A stretch of DNA of 19,939 nt, taken from contig JAOZFG010000020.1 of the NCBI GenBank assembly GCA_027491435.1, positions 1 to 19,939 of the forward strand, given 5' to 3'. Position numbers and translations under genes: made by a program. This stretch comes from Thermoproteota archaeon. GTDB taxonomy: Archaea; Korarchaeota; Korarchaeia; Korarchaeales; Korarchaeaceae. This document shows, piece after piece, positions 1 to 9,100 of the stretch. Within the stretch, counting starts at the first letter, position 1. Every line of letters starts with the position of its first letter. The notes beneath the pieces were generated by a model. It had not been told where the DNA came from, ran no database searches, and saw nothing but the letters and a program-made list of their open reading frames with translations.

Positions 1-161
1 TCAAGACGTGCCTCCTGAGAGACGACGACAAGGTGGATTTCCTAACAGCTATGAGAATGGGGGCCAGCGACGAGGAGCTAGAGGAAATATTCAAGAAGGC
101 CGTTATGTTAAGGGAGCCTTTCTACAAACCCCTCCAGGAAGTCGTCGATCCTAACCCCTAG
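1..161 (+). CDS. moaA: GTP 3',8-cyclase MoaA, C-terminal fragment (5' truncated by window edge)
   Basis: Not in the ORF track. Manual translation from nt 3 gives KTCLLRDDDKVDFLTAMRMGASDEELEEIFKKAVMLREPFYKPLQEVVDPNP*, with TAG at 159-161. The K-x-C-L-L-R-x-D ... REP(F/Y) pattern is the typical archaeal MoaA C-terminus. Confidence 0.8.
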   Translation, partial: KTCLLRDDDKVDFLTAMRMGASDEELEEIFKKAVMLREPFYKPLQEVVDPNP

Positions 162-638
162 CTCTTCAGCCATCCTCTTAGCTGCTTCAACGCTGCTTCT
201 CAAGATTTCCTCAACTTCAAACCCGAGTTTTTTGTACTCTTGGGCCACTAAGGCCGTAGAAAGGTAGTCTGACAGCTTGGCTATTTTGGACTCTAAAGTG
301 CGTTGATCCAAGAACTCGATTACTAGCTCTCTAAGCTCACCCAACCCCCATAAGGGGGCTTCCTCCAGCTTCCTCTTATCTATTAGGCGGGACGAGTACT
401 TGGGTATGTCCCCTATGTAGCCTTCAGCTATATCGTGAACTAAGGCCAAGGCAGCAGCCTTATAGGGATCCACCTCCTTTCCACGGGACTTGATCCTCAG
501 GGAGATCTCCAAGGCCAACGCAGCCGAAGCGAAGGAGTGCTGTGAAACGGTTTCGGAGATGGAGGGGGGAACCCCCGACTGGAGCCAGCCGGTCCTGGCC
601 AGCCACAGGACCCTCCTTAAATAATTCCAGACGCTCAA
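108..638 (-). CDS. HD-domain hydrolase, YfbR/HDDC2-like 5'-deoxynucleotidase family
   Basis: Motifs R-TGW, ETVSQHSF, VHDIAE-YIGDIP and a distal D (SDYL). TTG start overlaps the upstream TGA (TTGA, 635-638). Confidence 0.85.
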   Translation of the reverse strand: MSVWNYLRRVLWLARTGWLQSGVPPSISETVSQHSFASAALALEISLRIKSRGKEVDPYKAAALALVHDIAEGYIGDIPKYSSRLIDKRKLEEAPLWGLGELRELVIEFLDQRTLESKIAKLSDYLSTALVAQEYKKLGFEVEEILRSSVEAAKRMAEELGVRIDDFLEGFVERLP

Positions 639-1036
639 CCCAAGTTCACCAGCGGGTAGAACAGTCTATTGCAGATCCCACAGCTGCTTGGATTTACCGT
701 TGGATCTATCTTGCTGTGAAACTCGCAGACATAACCCTTAGCCATGTACTTCAGGGCTAAAATCGTCATCTTGGTTAAGAGCTCCTCGTTGCTCAATCCT
801 CTCATCACCTCCTCGGCCAACCTGTTTACCTCGGACCGGACGTCTTCGTACCTCCAGAGGTCCACGAGGGAGCCCCTCTTCATGTTAAGGTACTTTGAGA
901 CCGCCGATTGAGTTATACCCAGTAGCTGAGCTATCCTCATCTGGGTTATCCCCATCTCCTTGAGGGAGATTACCAGCATCCTCCTTATCGATGGGAGGAC
1001 GTACCTGTAACCCAGCTCAAATAAGTCCCTGGTCAA
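635..1036 (-). CDS. XRE-type HTH transcriptional regulator (COG2522-like) with C-terminal Cys/His metal-binding motif
   Basis: LPSIRR ... GITQMRIAQLLGITQSAVSKYL-KRG HTH, then C-x2-H ... C-x2-C (CEFH ... CGIC). TTGA overlap with the upstream gene at 1033-1036. Confidence 0.85.
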   Translation of the reverse strand: MTRDLFELGYRYVLPSIRRMLVISLKEMGITQMRIAQLLGITQSAVSKYLNMKRGSLVDLWRYEDVRSEVNRLAEEVMRGLSNEELLTKMTILALKYMAKGYVCEFHSKIDPTVNPSSCGICNRLFYPLVNLG

Positions 1037-2109
1037 TCCCTCTTCCTCCCGCCTCTTCTGATGAAGAAGTCCAGCGGGTAAGACGATAACACCGTTCTAT
1101 CGTCTGTGGGCATGACCTCCACTAGCCTTCCACTTAACCCCATCTTCCAAACTTCTTCTGCTCTGTTAACGAACTCATCTGCGTCAACCAACAACTTCTC
1201 CCCCAACAAGATGCCTCTTCTAAACTTCAACCTCCTTAGCAGATGCTCAGGGCCTACAATTTCCCCGTACACCAGGGTACCCTCGTCGGTTGGGGTTTCG
1301 TAGGAAAGCGCGACGTTCTCGGCCCTTCTCATCCACCTCATCCTTACCTGGTACTCCTTCTGAGCTGCCGGACAGAAGTAGCCGCTTATAGAGGTCTCCT
1401 TCTCCAGGAATTCCAGTATCTTCTTGGCAGACTCCCTGCTGCCATCCACTGCAACGTCGCTGTCTGGCCTAGGCCTGAACCCCATGGACAGGAGCCTCTC
1501 CCTGTTGGACGGAGTGAACTCCAGCTCGTTCAGGTTGATGAACTCCGCGCCTATCTTGTCCAGAAATAGGACCAGCTCCCTAAGCCGGTTCTCCCATTGC
1601 TTTCCTGGAATTGAGGGCATCTCAGCACCTACCACGAAACCGTAGTCAAGGGCTAACTTCATCTTATCCCAGTTCCTCTTGTCCCACGTGTGGAACCTTA
1701 TCTCGTCCACCCCACCTTCCCTAAGCACCTTGAGGGTTTTCTCGTTGATTCCTAAGGAGTTGGTATAGAGGTGTATGTGAAATTCAGGGCCAAACCTCTC
1801 CTTTAACAGCTTAGCGTATTTAGCAGCCCTTTCAGCCTTTAAAGATGGTTCACCACCTGTTATACCTGCTCCTAAAGCCCTCATGAGTTGAGCTTCCTGC
1901 AAGATCTCTTCCTCAGAGCTGATCATCCTCTCGTTAGCGAAAATGACGTCTCTATTCCTCCTCCACTCGGATATCGTGCAGTAGGGGCAGGTTTCGTAAA
2001 GGGGACACTCCCCCGTGATGAAGAGGACTAACTTGCCCCCCTTCCAGCAGAGATCGCATCCCTTACTCCACCCCCTTACCCTTAAGGCCCCAAGAGGGAG
2101 CTCCATCAT
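1033..2109 (-). CDS. Radical SAM protein, COG2108-like (uncharacterised archaeal family)
   Basis: [15 protein letters not shown]-x5-C-x2-[27 protein letters not shown] and [13 protein letters not shown] overlap with the ahcY stop. Confidence 0.85.
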   Translation of the reverse strand: MMELPLGALRVRGWSKGCDLCWKGGKLVLFITGECPLYETCPYCTISEWRRNRDVIFANERMISSEEEILQEAQLMRALGAGITGGEPSLKAERAAKYAKLLKERFGPEFHIHLYTNSLGINEKTLKVLREGGVDEIRFHTWDKRNWDKMKLALDYGFVVGAEMPSIPGKQWENRLRELVLFLDKIGAEFINLNELEFTPSNRERLLSMGFRPRPDSDVAVDGSRESAKKILEFLEKETSISGYFCPAAQKEYQVRMRWMRRAENVALSYETPTDEGTLVYGEIVGPEHLLRRLKFRRGILLGEKLLVDADEFVNRAEEVWKMGLSGRLVEVMPTDDRTVLSSYPLDFFIRRGGRKRD

Positions 2110-3350
2110 TCTAACCGCCAGCTCTCCAGGTACTTTCTCTGCTCATCAGTCAAAGTATCTATGCTCACGCCCATGCTCTCAAGCTTAAGGGAGGCGACCC
2201 TCTCATCCACCTCCCTGGGAACCTGGTGAACTTTAGGCGGAAGCTTCTCGCCATCATTGACTAACAGCTCTACGGCTAAAGCTTGGTTTGCGAAGCTCAT
2301 GTCCATGACTTCACTAGGATGCCCCTCAGCAGCTACCAGGTTAACAAGCCTTCCCTCAGCGAGCAGATAGACCCTCCTGCCGTTAGGGAGGGTATACTCC
2401 ATCACGCTCTTCCTTATCTCCCTCTTACTCATCGCCATCAGGTCCAGGTCCTTGACCGATATCTCTACGTTGAAATGACCAGCGTTAGCTAATATGGCTC
2501 CATCTTTCATCAAGCTAACGTGTTCGGCCGTTATGACGTCCCTATTTCCGGTTGCGGTCACGAATATGTCTCCTATTTTGGCAGCCTCCTTCATGGGCAT
2601 CACTAAGAAGCCGTCCATCACCGCCATGAGGGCCCTTATGGGATCGACCTCGGTGACTATTACCTTGGCCCCCATACCTCTGGCCCTTGCAGCTATTCCC
2701 CTTCCCACGTGACCGTAGCCAGCCACCACAAACCACTTACCGGCTATCATCACGTTGGTAGCCCTTAGTATGCCATCTATGGTGCTCTGTCCAGTCCCGT
2801 ACACGTTGTCAAAGTTCCACTTAGTTTCGGCGTTGTTGACGGCTATGACTGGGTACTTTAGGATTCCCTCCTTCTCTAGGGCCCTTATCCTTATCACCCC
2901 GGTGGTCGTCTCCTCAGTCCCACCCCTAACGGAGCTGGCCACCCCCCTTTCGTGAGCCATTACAGTTAAGTCCCCGCCATCGTCCATAGTTATATTGGGG
3001 CCAGACTCCAGAACCTTGCCAAGGGCCCACTCATACTCCTCAGGGCTCATGCCCCTCCAGGCATAAACCTCTATTCCAAACTCTGCTAAAGCAGCAGCCA
3101 CGTCATCCTGCGTTGATAAGGGATTGCTGGGAGCCAGATAAACTTCAGCCCCACCTGCCTTTAGCGTCCTGACCAGGACAGCGGTCTCCTTGGTTACATG
3201 TAAGCTGGCAGCCACTTTAATGTCCTTTAAAGGTTTCTCCTTAGAGAACCTCTCTCTTATCTTCATCAGGACTGGCATATGAGCTTCAGCCCATTCTATC
3301 TGAAGCCTCCCCTGTGGAGCCAGAGAGGGGTCCTTAACTTTCATCTTCAT
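2106..3350 (-). CDS. ahcY: Adenosylhomocysteinase (SAH hydrolase; S-inosylhomocysteine specificity not excluded)
   Basis: [53 protein letters not shown] and EGRLVNL-AAEGHP. Start placed at ATG 3350 (ATGA overlap with the TusA-like stop) or 3344, not the track's 3374. Confidence 0.96.
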   Translation of the reverse strand: MKMKVKDPSLAPQGRLQIEWAEAHMPVLMKIRERFSKEKPLKDIKVAASLHVTKETAVLVRTLKAGGAEVYLAPSNPLSTQDDVAAALAEFGIEVYAWRGMSPEEYEWALGKVLESGPNITMDDGGDLTVMAHERGVASSVRGGTEETTTGVIRIRALEKEGILKYPVIAVNNAETKWNFDNVYGTGQSTIDGILRATNVMIAGKWFVVAGYGHVGRGIAARARGMGAKVIVTEVDPIRALMAVMDGFLVMPMKEAAKIGDIFVTATGNRDVITAEHVSLMKDGAILANAGHFNVEISVKDLDLMAMSKREIRKSVMEYTLPNGRRVYLLAEGRLVNLVAAEGHPSEVMDMSFANQALAVELLVNDGEKLPPKVHQVPREVDERVASLKLESMGVSIDTLTDEQRKYLESWRLE

Positions 3351-3568
3351 CTCCTCTCTATCTCTATAACCCAATATCCATCCTTCTTGTCTACCCTCCT
3401 TAAAACGTTACCTGTCCTCTCTACCCAGCCGTAGACGTCATCAACAGACGCCTTATCGCTCACCAAGAACTCAAACCTGTCCCCAGGGGAGCCCTTCATG
3501 ACGACCTTGGCTATCCTAACTATGGGGTAGGGGGACTTCCTACCCCTGAGGTCTAACCTTCTTGTCAA
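3347..3568 (-). CDS. TusA/SirA-family small protein with the catalytic Cys replaced by Ser
   Basis: 73 aa. LDLRG-x-x-SPYP replaces LDxRGxxCPxP. Also G-D-x-F-E-F-L-x-S-D, DV-x-W and a terminal W-V-I-x-I strand. Confidence 0.8.
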   Translation of the reverse strand: MTRRLDLRGRKSPYPIVRIAKVVMKGSPGDRFEFLVSDKASVDDVYGWVERTGNVLRRVDKKDGYWVIEIERR

Positions 3569-4085
3569 GGGGCCTCACCCTCCACCCTAGGGAGCTCTCG
3601 ATCTCCTCGTCAGAAACTTGTCTGAACAACTTGTACATGAGGTAGGCGTCCTCGCCGTCGTGGTAGTACCTGGGTATCACCCCTAGTACCCCGTAGTTTA
3701 GCTTCTCGTATAACTTTATCGCGGGCTCGTTTGACACCCTGACCTCCAAGTAGACTAGATGAGATCCGTACCTCTTCAGTCCCCTCTCCGCCTCCTTCAT
3801 GAGGGCCTCTCCAATACCCCTTCTCCTGTGCTTCTTCGCTACAGCTATTGAGAGCACGTGGCCTAAGAAGAGGGTCCTGCCGCTTACCGGGTAGTACTCA
3901 ACTCTACACATGATGTAGCCCACTACATTTCCTGATTCGGACTCAGCAACTAGAAAAGCGTCAGGAAATCTCCTGTAGTTCTCCAAGAAGAAAGTTGACG
4001 GGTAGTTCTCTGGTAGAAATACTCTGTTTATCCTCTCCACCTGCTGGAGATCCTCAGGCCTGAACTTCCTTACTATGTAACTCAT
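3540..4085 (-). CDS. ard1: N-terminal (N-alpha) acetyltransferase, Ard1/RimI family GNAT
   Basis: LPENYP, VGYIMCRVE, GHVLSIAV, acetyl-CoA motif RRRGIG, LEVRVSN-PAI-LY and YY-DGEDAY, matching crenarchaeal Ard1. Confidence 0.9.
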   Translation of the reverse strand: MSYIVRKFRPEDLQQVERINRVFLPENYPSTFFLENYRRFPDAFLVAESESGNVVGYIMCRVEYYPVSGRTLFLGHVLSIAVAKKHRRRGIGEALMKEAERGLKRYGSHLVYLEVRVSNEPAIKLYEKLNYGVLGVIPRYYHDGEDAYLMYKLFRQVSDEEIESSLGWRVRPLDKKVRPQG

Positions 4086-4140
4086 CAGGGGAAAGTTGTC
4101 AGGTGATGTTTTAAACTCATCTTGGTAACCTTCCTGATGA
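4082..4140. promoter_or_regulatory. Bidirectional promoter with a central TATA box, flanked by an 8-bp inverted repeat covering both start codons
   Basis: TTTAAA at 4110-4115 lies 21-24 nt from ard1 CAT (4083-4085) and M50 ATG (4137). TCATCAGG (4082-4089) and CCTGATGA (4133-4140) are exact reverse complements. Confidence 0.65.
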
Positions 4141-5201
4141 ACTTGGAGTACGTGGTCGATAAAGTGCAGGAGGCCTTTCCAGTAGTCGACGTGTACTCTA
4201 CTCCAGGGGGCGTATCCTTCATTTTACCACTTCTACCGCACGATAAGACGAGAGAAGGCTTTAGAGAGCTGGCAATTCAACTCCTCAAGGAGGGATTGGT
4301 GCCTAAACTATATAAGAGCGGCGAATACCTCAGGCTGGACGTGTATAGAGCACCTGCGTCTAACCCTAAAGGCTATAAGATCAGGAAATTAGCGTTGTTT
4401 GCCTTGACGGTAATTACAGTTCTACTATCTGGTTGGAGTATAAGCTGGGGAACCCTAAGCCTTACTAAGGAGCTAGGAATTCCCGACCCCTTTGACCCGC
4501 TGAGTATGGCTGTAATCCACGCGATGGCCCTCCTCTTACCGTTAACGGTTCATGAGCTAGGTCACATGCTAGCCAGCAGGAAGTGGGGTGGTGAGTGGGA
4601 ATTTCCAACGTTTATACCAGCGCCACCAGCTCCGCTGGGGTTCGGGACTTTCGGAGCGATAATTTCCAGTAGGAAGCCTGTGATAAACAAGGATGAGCTC
4701 TTCGACCTAGGAATTTCCGGGCCGTTAGCCGGGTTCGTTCCAGGCTTATTAGTCGGGATAGTGGGGATGCAGACCTCTATAAGGTTGCCTCCTGAAGCTG
4801 TAGCGAGGATATCTAGTAAAGCCTCTCATATGCCTATACCGCTAGCCCTTATACCTTTTGGCGGTTTAACTCATGAGGTGATACTCCTATCGCCTTTAGG
4901 GGTGGCTGGAGCATTAGTGCTTCTGATAACCTTCCTGAACTTGTTGCCGGTGTCTCAGCTTGACGGAGGTCACGTGGTTTACTCTCTAGTCGGTAAGGAC
5001 AAATACGGAGTCATAAGCTGGCTAGCTGTCCTTTTGGGGTTCTTGATAAATCCATTTCTGGGAGCCTTTCTGTTGTTGTTTAACGGCATGATGGGGCATC
5101 CTCCTCCTCTAGACGAGTACACGTCCACCTCTAGGGGGAGAAAAACGTTGGGAGGAGTCCTCTACGTTACGCTTTTAGCACTCACCTTGCCAGTGGGTTG
5201 A
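4137..5201 (+). CDS. Site-2 protease family (M50) intramembrane zinc metalloprotease
   Basis: HELGH zinc motif, GTFGA, GISGPLAG and NLLPVSQLDGGH, with multiple TM segments. ATG 4137 is preferred over TTG 4122 because of TATA spacing. Confidence 0.92.
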   Translation: MNLEYVVDKVQEAFPVVDVYSTPGGVSFILPLLPHDKTREGFRELAIQLLKEGLVPKLYKSGEYLRLDVYRAPASNPKGYKIRKLALFALTVITVLLSGWSISWGTLSLTKELGIPDPFDPLSMAVIHAMALLLPLTVHELGHMLASRKWGGEWEFPTFIPAPPAPLGFGTFGAIISSRKPVINKDELFDLGISGPLAGFVPGLLVGIVGMQTSIRLPPEAVARISSKASHMPIPLALIPFGGLTHEVILLSPLGVAGALVLLITFLNLLPVSQLDGGHVVYSLVGKDKYGVISWLAVLLGFLINPFLGAFLLLFNGMMGHPPPLDEYTSTSRGRKTLGGVLYVTLLALTLPVG

Positions 5202-5235
5202 TTTATTTCGAGGATCCTCTAGGAGGTGTCCTGAA

Positions 5236-6195
5236 TTGAAGGTGGCTCTGATACCAGCGTATATGGAGGAAGGGAAGATAGCCCCAGTCATCCTTAAGGC
5301 CCAAAAACACGTGGACAGAGTCATAGTCTGTGACGACGGCTCTACTGACAACACTGCCGAGGTGGCCAAGAGGCTAGGCGCTATCGTGATAAGGCACGAG
5401 GAGAACAGGGGGTATGGAGCGGCCCTAAAGACCCTCTTCTGGGAAGCCCTCAAGCTCGACGCTGAAGTGGCCGTCACCCTGGACGCTGACGGTCAACACG
5501 ATCCGGATGCTATCCCCAGCCTTATAGAACCCATACTCAGGGGAGAAGCCGACTTGGTTATAGGTTCAAGGTTCGTGGTCGGCAGCAGGACCCCGGGCAT
5601 TTCCCTGGCCAGGAAGTTGGCGTTGAAGTTCCTCAACCTGCTGGGTTCTAAGGTTACAGGAGTTGAGGCTAGGGACACTCAGAGCGGCATGAGAGCTTAC
5701 TCCAAGAGGGCCTTAGAAGTCGCTATAAGGGCCGCTGAAACGGGCATGGGCGTCAGCCTTGGCATACTGAAGGAGGTGAGCAGGGAAGGCCTTAAGGTCA
5801 AGGAGGTACCCATAACGGTCTACTACAAGGGAGCTAAACCTTCTAGAAATCCTGTGATGCACTTCTCGGAGCTAGTGGCAATGATCTTAAAGATAGCTCT
5901 CCTGGAGAAGCCCTTAAAGGTCTTAGGGACCCTGGGGATAGCTCTAATGTCCTTGGGATTCTTCTTCACGTGGTGGGCGCTAGACCTTTACCTGAGCACC
6001 AAATACTTCAGCGTTCCAATGGCCTTGATCTCGCTAGGAGGCTACGTGGCGGGCATACTATCGATTTTAGGGGCATTTCAGCTCTACTCCCTGTCGAAAA
6101 TTAGGGAGGAGTTAGCAGAAATAAAGGAGAAAGTCGTTTTATCCCTCAGGAAGGAGCCTTCTGATGGTCAGGAAGATCAGGAAGGCGATAGCTAA
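5236..6195 (+). CDS. GT2 glycosyltransferase, dolichol/polyprenol-phosphate sugar synthase-like, with two C-terminal TM helices
   Basis: IPAY-EE, CDDGSTD, N-GYGAA, LDADGQH, GSRF and DTQSGMR. AGGAGGTG RBS at 5221-5228 precedes the TTG start. Confidence 0.92.
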   Translation: MKVALIPAYMEEGKIAPVILKAQKHVDRVIVCDDGSTDNTAEVAKRLGAIVIRHEENRGYGAALKTLFWEALKLDAEVAVTLDADGQHDPDAIPSLIEPILRGEADLVIGSRFVVGSRTPGISLARKLALKFLNLLGSKVTGVEARDTQSGMRAYSKRALEVAIRAAETGMGVSLGILKEVSREGLKVKEVPITVYYKGAKPSRNPVMHFSELVAMILKIALLEKPLKVLGTLGIALMSLGFFFTWWALDLYLSTKYFSVPMALISLGGYVAGILSILGAFQLYSLSKIREELAEIKEKVVLSLRKEPSDGQEDQEGDS

Positions 6196-9100
6196 TCCCT
6201 CTAAGGCGTAGGGAACCTCATCGATAGGCAGCTTTGTAGTTCCGACCGCCCTCCTAACGTTAATCCTTAGCAGGGATGACTTGTCTGCCATGAGTATCGT
6301 AATGCGGCCGCCCAGGATGTTAATTTTGCTCAACCTCTCCACGAACACTCTCCTGAACGGATGACCGTAGATGAAACCGCTTCCGGAGAACTTTATGTTG
6401 ACAGGAACTCTGAAAACGTAGGTCCCGTTGCCTTCTTTCCCCTCCACCCCGAGGTACACGTAGAAGCCCTTTCCTCCCAGGAAGTAAATCCTCTCTGGGG
6501 TGAGCGTGACGTGTCTCCCAACGAGTTTCTCCTCCCCTTTCAAGCTTATGTACTTGACCAGGTAACCTGTCAGCTTCACGTCACCCTCTACCATCATCTT
6601 CAGAGCCACGTAATTTGGCGGTTTGGACGGGAGGGGCTGAGAAGATAGCCCTGGGATGCTAAGGTTGCTCACCTCGGTTGATGAGACGTCCCTCACGGCC
6701 CTATCTAAGATGTAGCTTAATCGTTCATCCTCAAGGTTCAGTAGGTTAGCTCCGGGTGGGGGGTTCCACTTTAGCGAGTGGACGCCGTGCACGTTTCCAG
6801 AAATTTTACCCCTAAATCCGTAAGTTTCAACGCCTAACAGGCCTAGCTTCTCCCCTACCTTAACTGGGTACTTTAACCCGTTGACCAGTAAGAAGCTACT
6901 GCCGTTCTCCAGGTTCAGAGTCAGGTTAACGCAATTCTCAGTGGTTGGGGCCTTGTAGATCCCTAAGGGCCTAGCTACGCCTCCCGCCACCCTAAGTAGA
7001 GTCAGCACCCCCCTAAACTCGTACCTAGCCACGTAGTAATTTTTCAAGTTCTTGAAGTTGTATATTAGGCCTACTGACCCCTCAGGGATAGTCGGACAGA
7101 ATTTCACGCTAAAGGAGCCCTGATCTAACTCGTAGGTGGATATAGCTAAGCCCTTTCCGCCCTTAACGGAGAGTCCTTCTGAGAAATTCCCCGTTATGAG
7201 CAACCACCTCAGATCCCATGGCGTGTCGGGCAGGCTCTCATTGATGAAGGTCACGTTAGACGGGGGTCCTATGTACAACCCGTCCGCTGGGGCGCTAGGG
7301 TCGTAGCTCATGTAAGTCACGTGAGGGGGTAGCCTCTCCCCTATGAGGTGATACAGGACCACGGCCTTCCTGTAGTAGTGGACGTCCGAAGGAAATATCA
7401 CCGCGAGCGTGGAATTTAAGACCACACGAGATGGATGAGCCCTTTCCAGGGAAGGAACCTCTCCCCTCTGGTTATACATCATTAGCAAGTAGCTCGAGAG
7501 GTTCTCGTCCCTAGCTAACTTACGGTCGATTTCTGAGAAGAAGACATTACTCACATTGAAGTGGTACATGTAGTAATTAGCCACCTCAGGGCCGTTAGAG
7601 TACCAAGGGGGAACTCCCCTCACCACGTGAGCGGTGTTCAGGGCCACTGCCATGGCCGACTTGTAGGCGAAGGCCAAAGTCCTGGACTTGATGTCTTTCC
7701 CGCTTAAGAACAACACGTCACCCTCTTCTAAGGTTAACGGTTGGTACTTGTTGCTGTGCGCCACGTCATACCACCTCTGGAAGCTGAGAGCTAGGGAAGG
7801 ATATCCGAGGAGAACTATGCCAATTAAGGCTACGGAGGAGAGCTTACCTCTCCCCTCAGAGACCTTCTTAACGTAGGCAGACGCTGGTAGCGATAAGGCG
7901 AGGGCAATTACTGGAATTACTCTGTACTCCCAGTAGGGCAACGAGACCCCAGAGAGCTTGATCAAAGATGCCACCTTGCCCGCTGTGAAAGCCATCAGAG
8001 CCAGCAGGAACAGGTCGGAGAACTCCCTCCAGCTCGGCGAGAGGATAGCTAAAATCCCAGCTACACCTAAGAGAACTGGGTAATAAAACCACGGAACATA
8101 CCCTATATTAAATAATGACTTGACATCTATACTACCAAAATTCAACAGCCACACTGCTATTCCAGCAAGGTAGGTTGCTGCGGCTAAGCTCTTGACGGGG
8201 ATACTCTTTAGGTTAACCTTCTCCAAAGACCAATTCAGCTTGAGTAGGATGAGCCCCAGCGCTCCGCTAGCGGTTATAGAGAGTAAAGATACTAGGTTTA
8301 CGGGGGAAAGCCTCTTGAGTATGAGGAGGTATACCGCTAATGCCATGGCGCCTGCAACCACGGCTGCCAAGGAGAGTTGCTTATTCAAACCATCTCTCTT
8401 AAGTAAGGGCCTGAAAGCTATTAACCCAGCTAACATTACGCCTTCTGGAAGGTGCATCAATGAGATCAAAGTCAAGGCTGCCATAGGCATTAGCAAGCTC
8501 TCTTTAAACCCCGGATCTCTTGTCGTTAGCGTTGTGAACATAAGGCCCAAAACCAGGACCTGTGGCATTCCCCAGAAGAACATAGGGTGCGACCACGTAA
8601 GCGAGTAGTACCCGACTAACGATAGCTTCGCCAGCCCTTCATAGCTAGTTCCGTAAAGGGGCGCCAATATCCATGTTAAACTCACTAGCAAACTCCAGGT
8701 AAAAAAGGCAAATTTCTTCTCTTCAAATCTGGATAGAGATGCATATATTAGGAAGGCGGATAGGAAGCTAAATGCTGAAGATGCTAAGGCCACGTTTAGT
8801 GGAAACTCCTTGCTTAGGACTATAAGGGCTCCAAGCAGGGAGTGATAGCCCACGTAATATGCGTAGAGGTACCTACCCGGGTCCTGAATCAGAACTCTGG
8901 CGTAAAACATGTGTCTAACTATGTCGTTCATGGTCTGCCTGAAGTAAGTATGTGAGACGGCTATCAGCTCAGTTAAGTAGAAGGCGGATACAACCAAAAA
9001 GAGTAGAAAGTAGCTGTCTATGGTGACCTCAACCTTCCTACTTCTAGTTCTCACTAACAAGTAAACGGCTGATAGAACGGCTACCAAGTAAATCAGGTAG

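Noticed and set aside
3351-3374. ORF-track N-terminal extension of ahcY (similarly 4122-4136 and 13297-13332 for other genes)
   Set aside because: These extensions overlap upstream genes or promoter elements, and downstream ATGs fit coupling, TATA spacing and family N-termini better.
3533-3535. Selenocysteine recoding as an explanation for the missing TusA Cys
   Set aside because: The codon is TCC (Ser), not TGA.
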